61,899 bases of DNA, from NCBI GenBank assembly GCA_039795895.1, contig JBDKKW010000003.1:1-61899 (forward strand). Direction: 5' to 3'. The position numbers and the translations under genes are program-made. Below are positions 17,679-26,123 of this stretch, one piece after another. This DNA comes from Candidatus Parcubacteria bacterium. Lineage in GTDB: Bacteria; Patescibacteriota; Minisyncoccia; Phycocordibacterales; JBAYGS01. Under the pieces are notes generated by a model. That model did not search any database and was not told the DNA's origin. It worked only from the letters and a program-made list of their open reading frames with translations. Every line of letters starts with the position of its first letter. Position 1 is the first letter of the stretch.

Positions 17679-18356
17679 ATGCTTACGTTAAAAGTATCTA
17701 AACGAAATTTGAAAGAAAAGCTCGAAACTATCCGAAAGGCGGGTAATATTCCAGCTGTTTTCTATGGCCCAAAGGAGAAATCAACTCCTATTACTATTAG
17801 TTTGGTAGATTTTAAAAAGGTGTGGAAGCAAGCCGGTGAGACTTCAGTGATTGAGCTCAAAGGTGAAGGAGTCGATGTACAAGCATTGATCCACGAGCTT
17901 GATCTTGATCCAGTGAAAAGTACGGTTCGACACGCAGACTTCTATGCGGTAGACAAGGATCAGAAAGTACGCATCCATGTGCCTCTCGAATTCGTCGGTG
18001 TTGCTCCTGCGGTAAAGGATCTTGGAGGTATCTTGATCAAAGTGCTCCACAGTTTGGAAATCGAGGCATTGCCAAAAGATTTGCCTCAGAAGATTGCCGT
18101 CGAGCTTTCGTTGCTCACCGCATTTGATAGTCGTATTTCTGCAAGAGAAATCAAACTTCCATCTGGCGTAACACTCGTTGCAAAACCAGAAGAGGTGATT
18201 GCAAACATCGCTCAGGTCAAGGAAGAAGTGGTTGAGGAAGCTCCAGCTGATGTGGCAAATATTGAAATCTCAGAGAAGCGTGGAAAGGAAGTGAAGGAAG
18301 GTGAAGCTCCAGCGGGTGATGCAAAGGCAGCTCCGGCGAAGGAAGCAAAGAAATAA
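17679..18356 (+). CDS. rplY: Ribosomal protein L25 / general stress protein Ctc
   Basis: RKAGNIPAVFYGPKEKSTPI, VRHADFYAV, and a Lys/Ala/Glu-rich C-terminal tail. Confidence 0.9.
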   Translation: MLTLKVSKRNLKEKLETIRKAGNIPAVFYGPKEKSTPITISLVDFKKVWKQAGETSVIELKGEGVDVQALIHELDLDPVKSTVRHADFYAVDKDQKVRIHVPLEFVGVAPAVKDLGGILIKVLHSLEIEALPKDLPQKIAVELSLLTAFDSRISAREIKLPSGVTLVAKPEEVIANIAQVKEEVVEEAPADVANIEISEKRGKEVKEGEAPAGDAKAAPAKEAKK

Positions 18357-18364
18357 AGACTCAC

Positions 18365-18524
18365 TCGAAATACTTGTGAGAGCAGCGAAAAAATCCCCCA
18401 GCAGGGGATTTTTTCTAATCCGCTCGCCTCAATGAGCACATTGACCTACTGGGTCTGCTCGTCGCATCAGAATGCGACACCATGCCCGCTCGGCTCCTCG
18501 CCCTACTCGCACAAGTATTTTTCG
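18365..18524. repeat. 3'-UTR element closed by inverted repeats and containing a canonical terminator
   Basis: Arms TCGAAATACTTGTGAG (18365-18380) and CTCGCACAAGTATTTTTCG (18506-18524), with an 11-bp perfect core plus a bulged extension. Inside are the hairpin ATCCCC-CAGCA-GGGGAT with a T-run (18388-18415) and GC-rich CCGCTCG/GGCTCC/TACTCGC words. Confidence 0.6.
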
Positions 18525-18540
18525 TTCGTTATCGACAAGA

Positions 18541-18575
18541 GAAGGGTTAAAAATCGTGGCGATTTTTAACCCTTC
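18541..18575. other. Perfect 16-bp hairpin GAAGGGTTAAAAATCG-TGG-CGATTTTTAACCCTTC
   Basis: Read directly from the sequence. It is followed by a TCTATCTTGCT block that is also present at 27190-27200. Confidence 0.6.
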
Positions 18576-18627
18576 TTCATATCTATCTTGCTAGAAGCTA
18601 GAAGCTTCTTCTGGTATACTTCCCCCT

Positions 18628-19290
18628 ATGCCTACCCTCCAATCTTCTGATAGTCAAAAGCCTCCACGACGGATCAAAACGATGCTTGATCGGGTGCTCA
18701 ACTACAGTGAGGCTCGTGCCGCCTATTTTGCAAAGGTGACGCCAATCGACCGACTACTCGAGAAGACGGTCCTCAAATTGATTCCGGCTAGTATCACTCC
18801 AAATCAGATTACCGTGTTTCGATTTATTACGATTCCGTTTGTGATCGGACTGCTTTTGACTGGGCATTACACGCTCGGCACCATTGTGTTTATGCTGTCG
18901 GCATTTTCCGATATGCTCGATGGTGCTCGTGCACGAACGACCAATCACATCACAACCTGGGGGACCATTTGTGATCCACTTGCGGACAAGCTTTTGATTG
19001 GTAGTGTGGTGATTATTTTGGTATCAAAATTGATTAGTCCCGCTTTGATGTTGGCGATTATTTCTGTCGAGGCGCTGTTGATCGTGTCTTCATACTATCG
19101 ATTCAAGGGTAAGGCGGTGCCCGCAAAGACAGTGGGGAAGATCAAGATGACGCTACAGTGCCTTGGAATTATTTTCTTACTGTATTTTATTCTCTCAGGT
19201 GTAGCAATCTTTTTAATGATTGCTACATATACACTCTATTTGGCACTGATTTTTGCCCTCCTCTCGCTTTTGGTGTATCGTTCGGTATAA
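18628..19290 (+). CDS. CDP-alcohol phosphatidyltransferase (PgsA-like)
   Basis: SDMLDGARARTTNHITTWGTICDPLADK matches the D-x2-DG-x2-AR..G-x3-D-x3-D motif. The protein is multi-pass and hydrophobic. The start is uncertain (18628 or 18682). Confidence 0.8.
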   Translation: MPTLQSSDSQKPPRRIKTMLDRVLNYSEARAAYFAKVTPIDRLLEKTVLKLIPASITPNQITVFRFITIPFVIGLLLTGHYTLGTIVFMLSAFSDMLDGARARTTNHITTWGTICDPLADKLLIGSVVIILVSKLISPALMLAIISVEALLIVSSYYRFKGKAVPAKTVGKIKMTLQCLGIIFLLYFILSGVAIFLMIATYTLYLALIFALLSLLVYRSV

Positions 19291-19305
19291 GTTGAATTAC
19301 ATATT

Positions 19306-19392
19306 GGAAAGGTGCCGGAGCGGTCTAACGGGCAGTCCTGGAAAGACTGTGTATCAGAAATGGTACCGCGAGTTCGAATCTCGCCCTTTCCG
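19306..19392 (+). tRNA. tRNA-Ser (anticodon GGA)
   Basis: Acceptor GGAAAGG/CCTTTCC, anticodon arm CAGTC-CTGGAAA-GACTG, long variable arm, T-arm GCGAG-TTCGAAT-CTCGC, discriminator G. Confidence 0.9.
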
Positions 19393-19425
19393 CAAAATAA
19401 ATATTACCTAGGGTGATTTTATTTT

Positions 19426-19633
19426 GCGGTAGGAAAAACTGCTGGAGAGCAGTTGTGCGCGAGATTCGAAGCCTGATTGAGTATTTTCTTAAGCTCTTTT
19501 TAAGAGCACAAAGAAAATCCAATCAGGGTACTGAAACTGTAAGTTTCGAAACTCTCGCTCCTTCCGCCTTGCACAAGAGAAAGCGTGTAAGGAGTAATTT
19601 CCTTCAAGGGTTCAAATCCCTTACCTTCCGCCA
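19426..19633 (+). ncRNA. Candidate structured RNA ending in a tRNA-like T-arm, acceptor 3' strand and encoded CCA (identity unknown)
   Basis: 3' end AAGGG-TTCAAAT-CCCTT ACCTTCC G CCA (19606-19633). 5' GCGGTAGG (19426-19433) is complementary to CCTTCCGC (19624-19631) with one mismatch. There are several internal hairpins (e.g. AACTGCT-GGAG-AGCAGTT at 19437-19454). Confidence 0.4.
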
Positions 19634-19655
19634 AAATGATACTCGAGGAATAAAT

Positions 19656-20015
19656 CTAAATAATCTCCTCTCTCTCCAGCTTGTCCGCTGCATCTGGACT
19701 TGAGATGGGTTTACTCATGATCATTAGGCGCATCAGTCCTGTGGCGATTAGCCAGTAGACAAACATGGCAAGGAGGGTGGTCCACTCAAACGTGCCATCG
19801 GGAGTGTTGGAGACTTGAAAGACGGTGAGAAATGGCGATGCCAACGGCAAAGATATGCTGTAGACAAAAGCACTAAATTGCGCGAAGGGATTGGCGCCGA
19901 GAAATTTCAGTGCAAATCGAAAGATGAGGGTGATTTCAATCATACCAAGCACGGACCAAATCACTTGGCTGGTTCGAAACATTGGTCGGGTACTTTGGTA
20001 GATATGAGGGTTCAT
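19656..20015 (-). CDS. YggT-family-like small membrane protein
   Basis: 119 aa. Hydrophobic repeats with a LIFRFALKFLGANPF-type segment resemble YggT. Family recognised by eye only. Confidence 0.6.
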   Translation of the reverse strand: MNPHIYQSTRPMFRTSQVIWSVLGMIEITLIFRFALKFLGANPFAQFSAFVYSISLPLASPFLTVFQVSNTPDGTFEWTTLLAMFVYWLIATGLMRLMIMSKPISSPDAADKLEREEII

Positions 20016-20065
20016 GGTGATGTATTGTATGTGTTACTTACAACGACGAATGGGGCGGAGAATGA

Positions 20066-20689
20066 TTACAATGTTTGAGAGGCAGGAAAGTATTGATCCG
20101 AAAAGACCACTAGTCGGTCGGTGTATTCATGTGTGATCGGATTCCAATCGCCTTTGCAAGTAATCAAGTTGAGATGTACTTTTTTGTCGGTAGTGGTGAG
20201 GGCTACACTTGCGTCGGCGGTTTGATTGTAGACAGCGACTTTACGTACGATAAAGGTAGTGACTACTCCAACTTCATCTGTTACTGAAATGAGATCTCCT
20301 ATCGTAAGGGAGTGTAGATTGTCGAATGCTGCCGGGATGCCATCTTTCCATCCGAAATGACCGTCGATGACTGATACACCGATTTCCCCCGGCCGACGAC
20401 TCAGCGTAAACCATCCGACATGTGCAGGATCTTTCGGTGTATCGAGAATCTTTTTGGAGGTAAGGCTGATTGATTCGATGGCGGTATCAAGACCAATTTT
20501 TGAAATCAAGAGTCGGATAGGAACGCCGGGCTGTGTATGTGCGGGTGCCACGGAAGCGACGAGCTCGCTTGGATGTATGGCGTATGCGTACTGTTTGTAT
20601 GAGTTTCCAAAAAAGAATACATAGACAAGAGATGTGGCACAACATAGTGCAAAAACCGCTTGGACTCTCAGGGTAATTGTAGAACGCAT
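20066..20689 (-). CDS. Sortase-family transpeptidase
   Basis: N-terminal TM (VQAVFALCCATSLVYVFFF), VIDGH catalytic His context, LNLITC catalytic Cys motif, downstream Arg (DRLVVF). ATG 20689; the alternative GTG 20725 overlaps the upstream gene. Confidence 0.8.
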   Translation of the reverse strand: MRSTITLRVQAVFALCCATSLVYVFFFGNSYKQYAYAIHPSELVASVAPAHTQPGVPIRLLISKIGLDTAIESISLTSKKILDTPKDPAHVGWFTLSRRPGEIGVSVIDGHFGWKDGIPAAFDNLHSLTIGDLISVTDEVGVVTTFIVRKVAVYNQTADASVALTTTDKKVHLNLITCKGDWNPITHEYTDRLVVFSDQYFPASQTL

Positions 20690-20699
20690 AGGAGGGGAG

Positions 20700-21683
20700 T
20701 TATTCTGCCGACACTCGTGCGTCACAATAATTTTTTTCTAGTTCTTGTGGAGGCAATCCGGTATTGGGGAATTGAGGAATGAAATCTGGTGGCACAAAGG
20801 CTATGGTCGCTGTCGGTACTGCGGTGACGATTGTGGTGGTAGCAACAGGCACGGTGGCGACCGCGGTGGCGTAGGCATCCCAACCGTTGGCTGAGCCATG
20901 TGTGGTGGCGATGTTGGTTTCGGTCTGGGACACCAATTTTGTGCAGGTGTAAATCCAGGTTTCAGTAGTGTCGAGTATTTTGTCAGAATTGCTGTCGCCT
21001 GAGACAAAAGTGACCGGAGTACATTTGTCATCCTTTACCCAGACGCCATTGAGCGCGCTGGTCCCTCCATTTTTTACAACATAGGTGTAGGTGACGGATC
21101 CGGGACCTGTGGGGAGTGAGTCTGGGGTAGGAATCTTGGTAAGAGTGATCACTGGTGGGGGCACAAACCCTCCGCCACCACCACTTGGGGTGGGAATAGA
21201 TGGAGGCGGTGGAGGAGTTGCGATGATGGTGAGATTGAGTCCTTGAAAACCGCCCCCGACACTATCGGTGTTGTTTTGATGAATGGTGCCGGTATCGACA
21301 GCGGTGGCGGTCAGGGTGCCGTCTGGTTTGATATCTATGGCGCGAACGATGTAGGTGGTGATGTTTGCGTAGGTATCGAGCTGGGTGTTTGCAAGCGCGG
21401 TACGAAGCAGAGTGATTGGGTGTGGTACGCCATCGGGAGTGACTAGGGTTGCAACAATATCAGTGGCATCACATACCACTGGACCAACTCCTGTGCCGTT
21501 AAACACATCTACGCTGTATATGATGCTGTCGCCGACGTGCACTTGAGGGTTGTCGGTGTATAGACTAATGCCTAGGCCACTTCCAGAACATCCCACAGGA
21601 TTTCGGTGAGCGAATGTGGTGAATGGGAGTGCGAGGCTCAGTGTACAAAAGAGGATGATGGTCTGGATTCTTGAATTGTTCAT
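20700..21683 (-). CDS. Secreted surface protein with DUF11-like beta domains, a Pro/Gly linker and a C-terminal FPNTG motif
   Basis: Signal peptide (IILFCTLSLALPFTTFAH), PPPPPSIPTPSGGGGGFVPPP linker, and the motif IPQFPNTGLPPQ 23 aa from the end. Confidence 0.7.
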   Translation of the reverse strand: MNNSRIQTIILFCTLSLALPFTTFAHRNPVGCSGSGLGISLYTDNPQVHVGDSIIYSVDVFNGTGVGPVVCDATDIVATLVTPDGVPHPITLLRTALANTQLDTYANITTYIVRAIDIKPDGTLTATAVDTGTIHQNNTDSVGGGFQGLNLTIIATPPPPPSIPTPSGGGGGFVPPPVITLTKIPTPDSLPTGPGSVTYTYVVKNGGTSALNGVWVKDDKCTPVTFVSGDSNSDKILDTTETWIYTCTKLVSQTETNIATTHGSANGWDAYATAVATVPVATTTIVTAVPTATIAFVPPDFIPQFPNTGLPPQELEKNYCDARVSAE

Positions 21684-21756
21684 ACTGCTTCTGCCGTATG
21701 ATTGCCCGGGTTATTACACAAAGGTCAAAACCTGTGGGTTGATTTGGCGGGTGCGC

Positions 21757-22299
21757 TTATACGATTGGAAACGGTGACACGATTGGGGAGTAGAGTAGTT
21801 TTAATTTCTCTAGTCCGCGATGTGCTTGGACAGCGAGTGCATTTTGTGAGGTGCCCGTAATCAGCGACATCTCTTTGAGAGACAAATCTTGCACATAGCG
21901 CATACGCATTACTTTTTGGTACTTGAGGGGGAGTTGTTGAATGAGGAGAATGGCTTTTTTACCGTCGAGGAAATTGAATAGCTGTCCAGAAGTGCTTTCG
22001 CTGGCGGTCGGATCATATCCTTTTTCGATCAAGACATCGAGTGAGCCGGTCTTGTGTTTTCGGTATTGATCGATAATGAGATGGTTGAGTACGTGATAGA
22101 GAAAGGATTTCATTACATCCACCTTGCCTCCTTTGACCAAGTATTTCCAGGTTTTTAAAAATGTATCTTGTACAAGGTCTTCGCCGATCTCGTGATCGTG
22201 TACTTTGAAGTAGGCATGTGAATTGAGACCTTTTTCAAATTCATGATGCGCTAGCGCAAGGAATCCCTGTTGTTCAGTCTTTTGAGTTGGTGTCATCAT
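21757..22299 (-). CDS. ECF-type sigma-70 family RNA polymerase sigma factor
   Basis: Region 2 (EDLVQDTFLKTWKY..VLNHLIIDQYRKHK) and region 4 (LPLKYQKVMRMRYVQDLSLKEMSLITGTSQNALAVQAHRGLEKLK). Start chosen at the MMTPTQ Met pair. Confidence 0.8.
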   Translation of the reverse strand: MMTPTQKTEQQGFLALAHHEFEKGLNSHAYFKVHDHEIGEDLVQDTFLKTWKYLVKGGKVDVMKSFLYHVLNHLIIDQYRKHKTGSLDVLIEKGYDPTASESTSGQLFNFLDGKKAILLIQQLPLKYQKVMRMRYVQDLSLKEMSLITGTSQNALAVQAHRGLEKLKLLYSPIVSPFPIV

Positions 22300-22533
22300 A
22301 TATAAGTGAGGGCGAGTAGGGCTGATTTCTATTACAGAAAAAGCCGATACATTACAGATCAATTTCTGCATGGGCGATTCCGGCTATATTCTTAGGCCTA
22401 CAATCTGCGAGACAGAGTAAATGTCTCATTACAAACAGGTTATTACATGGAGTGGCTAACTTGAGCTCAAACTATAGCATAGTATCTAAATAATAGCTTG
22501 TAATCTCGCGAGGGAGACATCGGCTTTGGTGGT

Positions 22534-23115
22534 ATGAGAAAAATTAACACCACTGGAGTACAAATACCAAAGGAAATTGAGGCTGAGTTTGTGGAGCGAT
22601 TGTGGGAAAAAAGTTGGGAATATATTAAGACGGTGGTCGATGTGGTGCGAGAGCCAGTTTTAATTTTAGATAAAGATCTTCGGGTGATGACCGCCAATGA
22701 ATCCTTTTACCGTATTTTTCAAGTAGAACATAAAGATACTGAAAGTAATGTAGTCTACAAGTTGGGAAATGGTCAGTGGAACATCCCAGCACTTCGAAAG
22801 TTGCTCGAAGACATTTTGCCTCAAAATACTTTTTTTAAGGGGTTTGAGGTTGACCATGAGTTTCCGTTTATTGGACGTAAAGTAATGATTTTGAATGCGC
22901 GACAGATTCATTTTAAGGAAGATTCAACACTGAAGATCTTCCCACCGATTATTTTGCTTGCCATGGAAGATGTGACCGAGATGATGGTGGTGGCCGAGAC
23001 GCTTGCGGTGCATACCAAACAAATTCAGGCCAAGCTGACTGAGCGGACTATTAGATTGGAAATGCATATTCGAAAATTGGAAAAAGAAATTGAATCGCTA
23101 AAAGATCGTGAGTAG
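22534..23115 (+). CDS. PAS-domain protein with a C-terminal coiled coil
   Basis: EPVLILDKDLRVMTANESFYRIFQVE..GNGQWNIPALRKLLEDILP..MILNARQI resembles the PAS domains found in CheR/CheB-associated sensors. Confidence 0.65.
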   Translation: MRKINTTGVQIPKEIEAEFVERLWEKSWEYIKTVVDVVREPVLILDKDLRVMTANESFYRIFQVEHKDTESNVVYKLGNGQWNIPALRKLLEDILPQNTFFKGFEVDHEFPFIGRKVMILNARQIHFKEDSTLKIFPPIILLAMEDVTEMMVVAETLAVHTKQIQAKLTERTIRLEMHIRKLEKEIESLKDRE

Positions 23116-23243
23116 GTGAATGTAATATCTTTTGAAATGAGACGTCTTTGTAAGTAAGAGGTATACCACGGGGAGGTCGGCTATAGTATCTCTACGACAT
23201 ATTACTTACTTCATTTAAAAATTATTCATAAACAAAAAATACT

Positions 23244-23906
23244 ATGACAAATACACAAGTAGCTTATACACGATTTCTTTCGATTGGTGCAATGACTGCA
23301 GTGCTCTTTTCAGTATTACTTACTTCAGCACAGCATGCTGATGCAGCAATTTCAGGAACGATGAATCTTGGGTCAAAAGGATCTCAGGTCACACAGCTTC
23401 AACAGTTTCTTGCGACTAATGCCTTTATTTACCCACAAGCAATCGTCACAGGCTTTTACGGCCCACTTACACAGTCTGCGGTCACGCAGTTCCAAGTAGC
23501 GTACGATCTTCCACAGGTTGGTCGTGTTGGACCGATGACCTTGGAGAAGATTAATGAAATTGTTTCTTCAGGATTGGGTCTTGATACAATAGCTCCAAAT
23601 ATGGGAAGTCTATCTGTACAGGCCAATCGTACTGACGCGACGATTAGTTGGTCAACCAGTGAGCTTGCTCGAGGACAGGTCTTCTATGATGTGAATCCAA
23701 TTCGATTTGATGAAGCTGAAAGTCATGCAGATGTACCATACGTGAGTGGTATCTTGGCTTCAAACAATACTGATTTTCGTGTAGCACAATCAGTATCGCT
23801 CACCAACCTTCAGCCGAACACGATCTACTACTATCTCGTTCGTGCGACCGATGGTTCAGGAAATATGACAATGACGGTTTCGAATATGTTTCGAACTAAT
23901 CAGTAA
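23244..23906 (+). CDS. Secreted protein with a peptidoglycan-binding (PG_binding_1-like) domain and an FN3-like domain
   Basis: Signal peptide. GSKGSQVTQLQQFLA..VTGFYGPLTQSAVTQFQVAYDLPQVGRVGPMT, followed by ISWSTSELARGQVFY..NTIYYYLVRATDGSGN. Confidence 0.7.
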   Translation: MTNTQVAYTRFLSIGAMTAVLFSVLLTSAQHADAAISGTMNLGSKGSQVTQLQQFLATNAFIYPQAIVTGFYGPLTQSAVTQFQVAYDLPQVGRVGPMTLEKINEIVSSGLGLDTIAPNMGSLSVQANRTDATISWSTSELARGQVFYDVNPIRFDEAESHADVPYVSGILASNNTDFRVAQSVSLTNLQPNTIYYYLVRATDGSGNMTMTVSNMFRTNQ

Positions 23907-23931
23907 TTGAGTCTGGAATAGTGAAGAAAAA

Positions 23932-23972
23932 CAGCCCCGCGTCCTTAAAAAAGGCGCGGGGCTGTTTTGTTT
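23932..23972 (+). terminator. Rho-independent terminator
   Basis: CAGCCCCGCG (23932-23941) pairs with CGCGGGGCTG (23955-23964), followed by TTTTGTTT. Confidence 0.85.
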
Positions 23973-24053
23973 GACATAGTATTTCAGTGATGTTAGGCTG
24001 TTTGAGGATCACTGTTCGGTATACAACAAACACACAGAAAGGGAAGTAAGAAT

Positions 24054-24467
24054 ATGAGTGCAAAACCCAAAATGGCTCGCCGGAAACAAAAGAAGTTAGC
24101 CGCTACCCCCCCCGCTGATTTTGTCAGTCGGGTGAGGGCGTATTGTGATCATCAGAAGAAGACCCTGGGCAATGATTATCGTTACAAGCTACAGGCTTGT
24201 CGTGACTCAGGGGCAATCGTGAATACGGACAATAAGGGGTATTGTGAATTGTATTTCGATACCACTGTCTTTCGTCTCAAAAACCCCAAGTTTCAAAAGG
24301 AGGTGGTGGATCAATCGGTTCTTTGTCCACACAAAATTGGTCTTATCGATTTGCGTTTTTGGGCTCCTGCGCCGAATCCGGATCAGGTCGTCGATGAGTG
24401 TCTGGTCACGCTCGACGGCAATCGCCCCTCTGACACTGTGTATCCCCATAAGTTGCTGGGGATTTGA
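24054..24467 (+). CDS. Hypothetical basic protein (137 aa)
   Basis: ORF only; Lys/Arg-rich N-terminus, several Cys residues. Confidence 0.45.
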   Translation: MSAKPKMARRKQKKLAATPPADFVSRVRAYCDHQKKTLGNDYRYKLQACRDSGAIVNTDNKGYCELYFDTTVFRLKNPKFQKEVVDQSVLCPHKIGLIDLRFWAPAPNPDQVVDECLVTLDGNRPSDTVYPHKLLGI

Positions 24468-24471
24468 TTCT

Positions 24472-24510
24472 AAAACCGATTGCTACCTTGGGTAGTAATC
24501 GGTTTTTTCT
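24472..24510 (+). terminator. Rho-independent terminator
   Basis: AAAACCGATTGCTACC / GGTAGTAATCGGTTTT (16 bp including one G-U) followed by a T-run. It lies inside the 5' extension of ORF-track entry 24464..24985. Confidence 0.8.
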
Positions 24511-24562
24511 TTTCTCGAGCAATCTAGTTGTATTCAATTTCATTTTGTTCTACACTTACCAC

Positions 24563-24985
24563 ATGAAATCAAAAATTATTCTCGGGATCGTTGCGGTAGT
24601 GTTGGTGCTTGGCGGTTTGGTGTATCTCTCTCGTCTGCCGGGCAAGCTTGATACTTTTGCAACGTGTTTGAAAGATAAGGGCGCAACTTTTTACGGAGCG
24701 TTTTGGTGTCCTCATTGCCAAGAGCAGAAGGCGATGTTTGGCCGTTCGGTGTCAAAGTTGCCGTACGTAGAATGTTCGACTCCAGATGGCAATGGTCAGA
24801 CGCAGATTTGTAAGGACAAAAAGATTACCGGGTATCCAACCTGGGAATTTGCCGATGGCACTCGTGAGACGGGGACGGTACCTCTCGCCAAGCTTGCCGA
24901 AAAGACTTCGTGTCCACTACTCGACTCAACTGTCGTGACAAAGACTACTGTTTCTGCGAGTTCTACTACCACTTTTGTAAAATAA
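24563..24985 (+). CDS. Membrane-anchored thioredoxin-like protein (CPHC active site)
   Basis: MKSKIILGIVAVVLVLGG anchor and FYGAFWCPHCQEQKAMFG. ATG 24563 lies downstream of the terminator. Confidence 0.7.
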   Translation: MKSKIILGIVAVVLVLGGLVYLSRLPGKLDTFATCLKDKGATFYGAFWCPHCQEQKAMFGRSVSKLPYVECSTPDGNGQTQICKDKKITGYPTWEFADGTRETGTVPLAKLAEKTSCPLLDSTVVTKTTVSASSTTTFVK

Positions 24986-24991
24986 AACACT

Positions 24992-25537
24992 ATGACTTTG
25001 AGTGAAATAACAACCACAATATTTTCAGGATTAGTGATGTTGAGTCAGCTTGCTTGGGTAGTAGTACTGGGCCTCTACCTCTGGAGTGATCAGCGTGAAA
25101 AGATTGGTGCTTTTGCGGTGAAATACGCAGTACCGCTGGCCTTTTTTGTGGCACTGACTGCAACTTTCGGTAGTCTCTTTTATTCTGATGTACTCGGTTA
25201 TGCTCCATGTAAACTCTGCTGGTTCCAGCGTATCTGTATGTATCCGCAGGTGATTTTGCTCGGTCTTGCGTGGTGGAAAAAAGATAAGGAGGTGGGGAAA
25301 TATTCGCTCGCTCTTTCTGCGATTGGTTTGGTGCTCGCCATCTACCACTACTATCTCCAGCTCGGAGGCAATCCACTTGTTCCATGTGGTGTGGTCGGAT
25401 ACAGTGTGTCGTGTAGCCAGCGTTTTGTGCTTGAGTACGGTTACATTACCATCCCGATGATGGCACTCACTGGATTTGCATTAATTCTGACAGTCTTTGG
25501 TGTCGCACGTCATTATCAGAAGAGTACAAAGAAATAA
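24992..25537 (+). CDS. Disulfide bond formation protein, DsbB/BdbC family
   Basis: Four TM segments, a CKLCWFQRICMYP motif and a second Cys pair (PCGVVGYSVSC). Confidence 0.75.
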   Translation: MTLSEITTTIFSGLVMLSQLAWVVVLGLYLWSDQREKIGAFAVKYAVPLAFFVALTATFGSLFYSDVLGYAPCKLCWFQRICMYPQVILLGLAWWKKDKEVGKYSLALSAIGLVLAIYHYYLQLGGNPLVPCGVVGYSVSCSQRFVLEYGYITIPMMALTGFALILTVFGVARHYQKSTKK

Positions 25538-25562
25538 TAATTAAGGTATTACTAAAATTACT

Positions 25563-26123
25563 ATGAAAAAAACATACATTATTTTAATCGCAGTCGTGGT
25601 AGTGATCGGATTGTACGGTTGGTCAACTTACAACAAGCTTGTTGCTGGCAATGAGTCGGTAAATTCTCTCTGGGCGCAGGTGGAGACACAGTATCAGCGT
25701 CGCTTTGATTTGATTCCCAACTTGGTCTCTGCAGTAAAGGGGACACTCAAGCAGGAACAAAAAGTCTTCGGTGATATTGCTGATGCTCGCACACACTACA
25801 GTGGTGCGGTCGGAGTAGATGCGAAGGCGCAAGCTGCGGGAGAGGTTGAGTCTGCACTTTCTCGATTGCTTGTGATTGTAGAAAATTATCCGCAGTTGAA
25901 GTCTTCAGCAACAGTTGAGGCTTTGATGTCTGAGCTTGAGGGTACCGAAAATCGTATTTCAGTGGAACGAAAGCGATTTAATGATGGGGTACAGGGATAC
26001 AATCTGTTGACCAAGCGATTCCCGAGCTCACTTGTGGCTCGCATCGGCGGATTTACTGCTCGACCGTATTTTGAGTCAGCAAAAGAGGCTGCGACTGCTC
26101 CAAAAGTTGATCTCACACAATAA
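25563..26123 (+). CDS. lemA: LemA family protein
   Basis: N-terminal TM and NSLWAQVETQYQRRFDLIPNLV..ENYPQLKSS..LEGTENRISVERKRFND. Confidence 0.85.
   Translation: MKKTYIILIAVVVVIGLYGWSTYNKLVAGNESVNSLWAQVETQYQRRFDLIPNLVSAVKGTLKQEQKVFGDIADARTHYSGAVGVDAKAQAAGEVESALSRLLVIVENYPQLKSSATVEALMSELEGTENRISVERKRFNDGVQGYNLLTKRFPSSLVARIGGFTARPYFESAKEAATAPKVDLTQ

Noticed and set aside
19426-19633. Possible tmRNA (ssrA), because of the T-arm, the U at the position pairing with base 3, and the encoded CCA
   Set aside because: No 5' GGGG/GGG-type acceptor strand complementary to ACCTTCC lies within 300 nt. The discriminator is G rather than A. The region is only about 210 nt. None of the three frames gives a plausible tag peptide ending in hydrophobic or Ala residues. 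It is kept only as an unidentified tRNA-like RNA.
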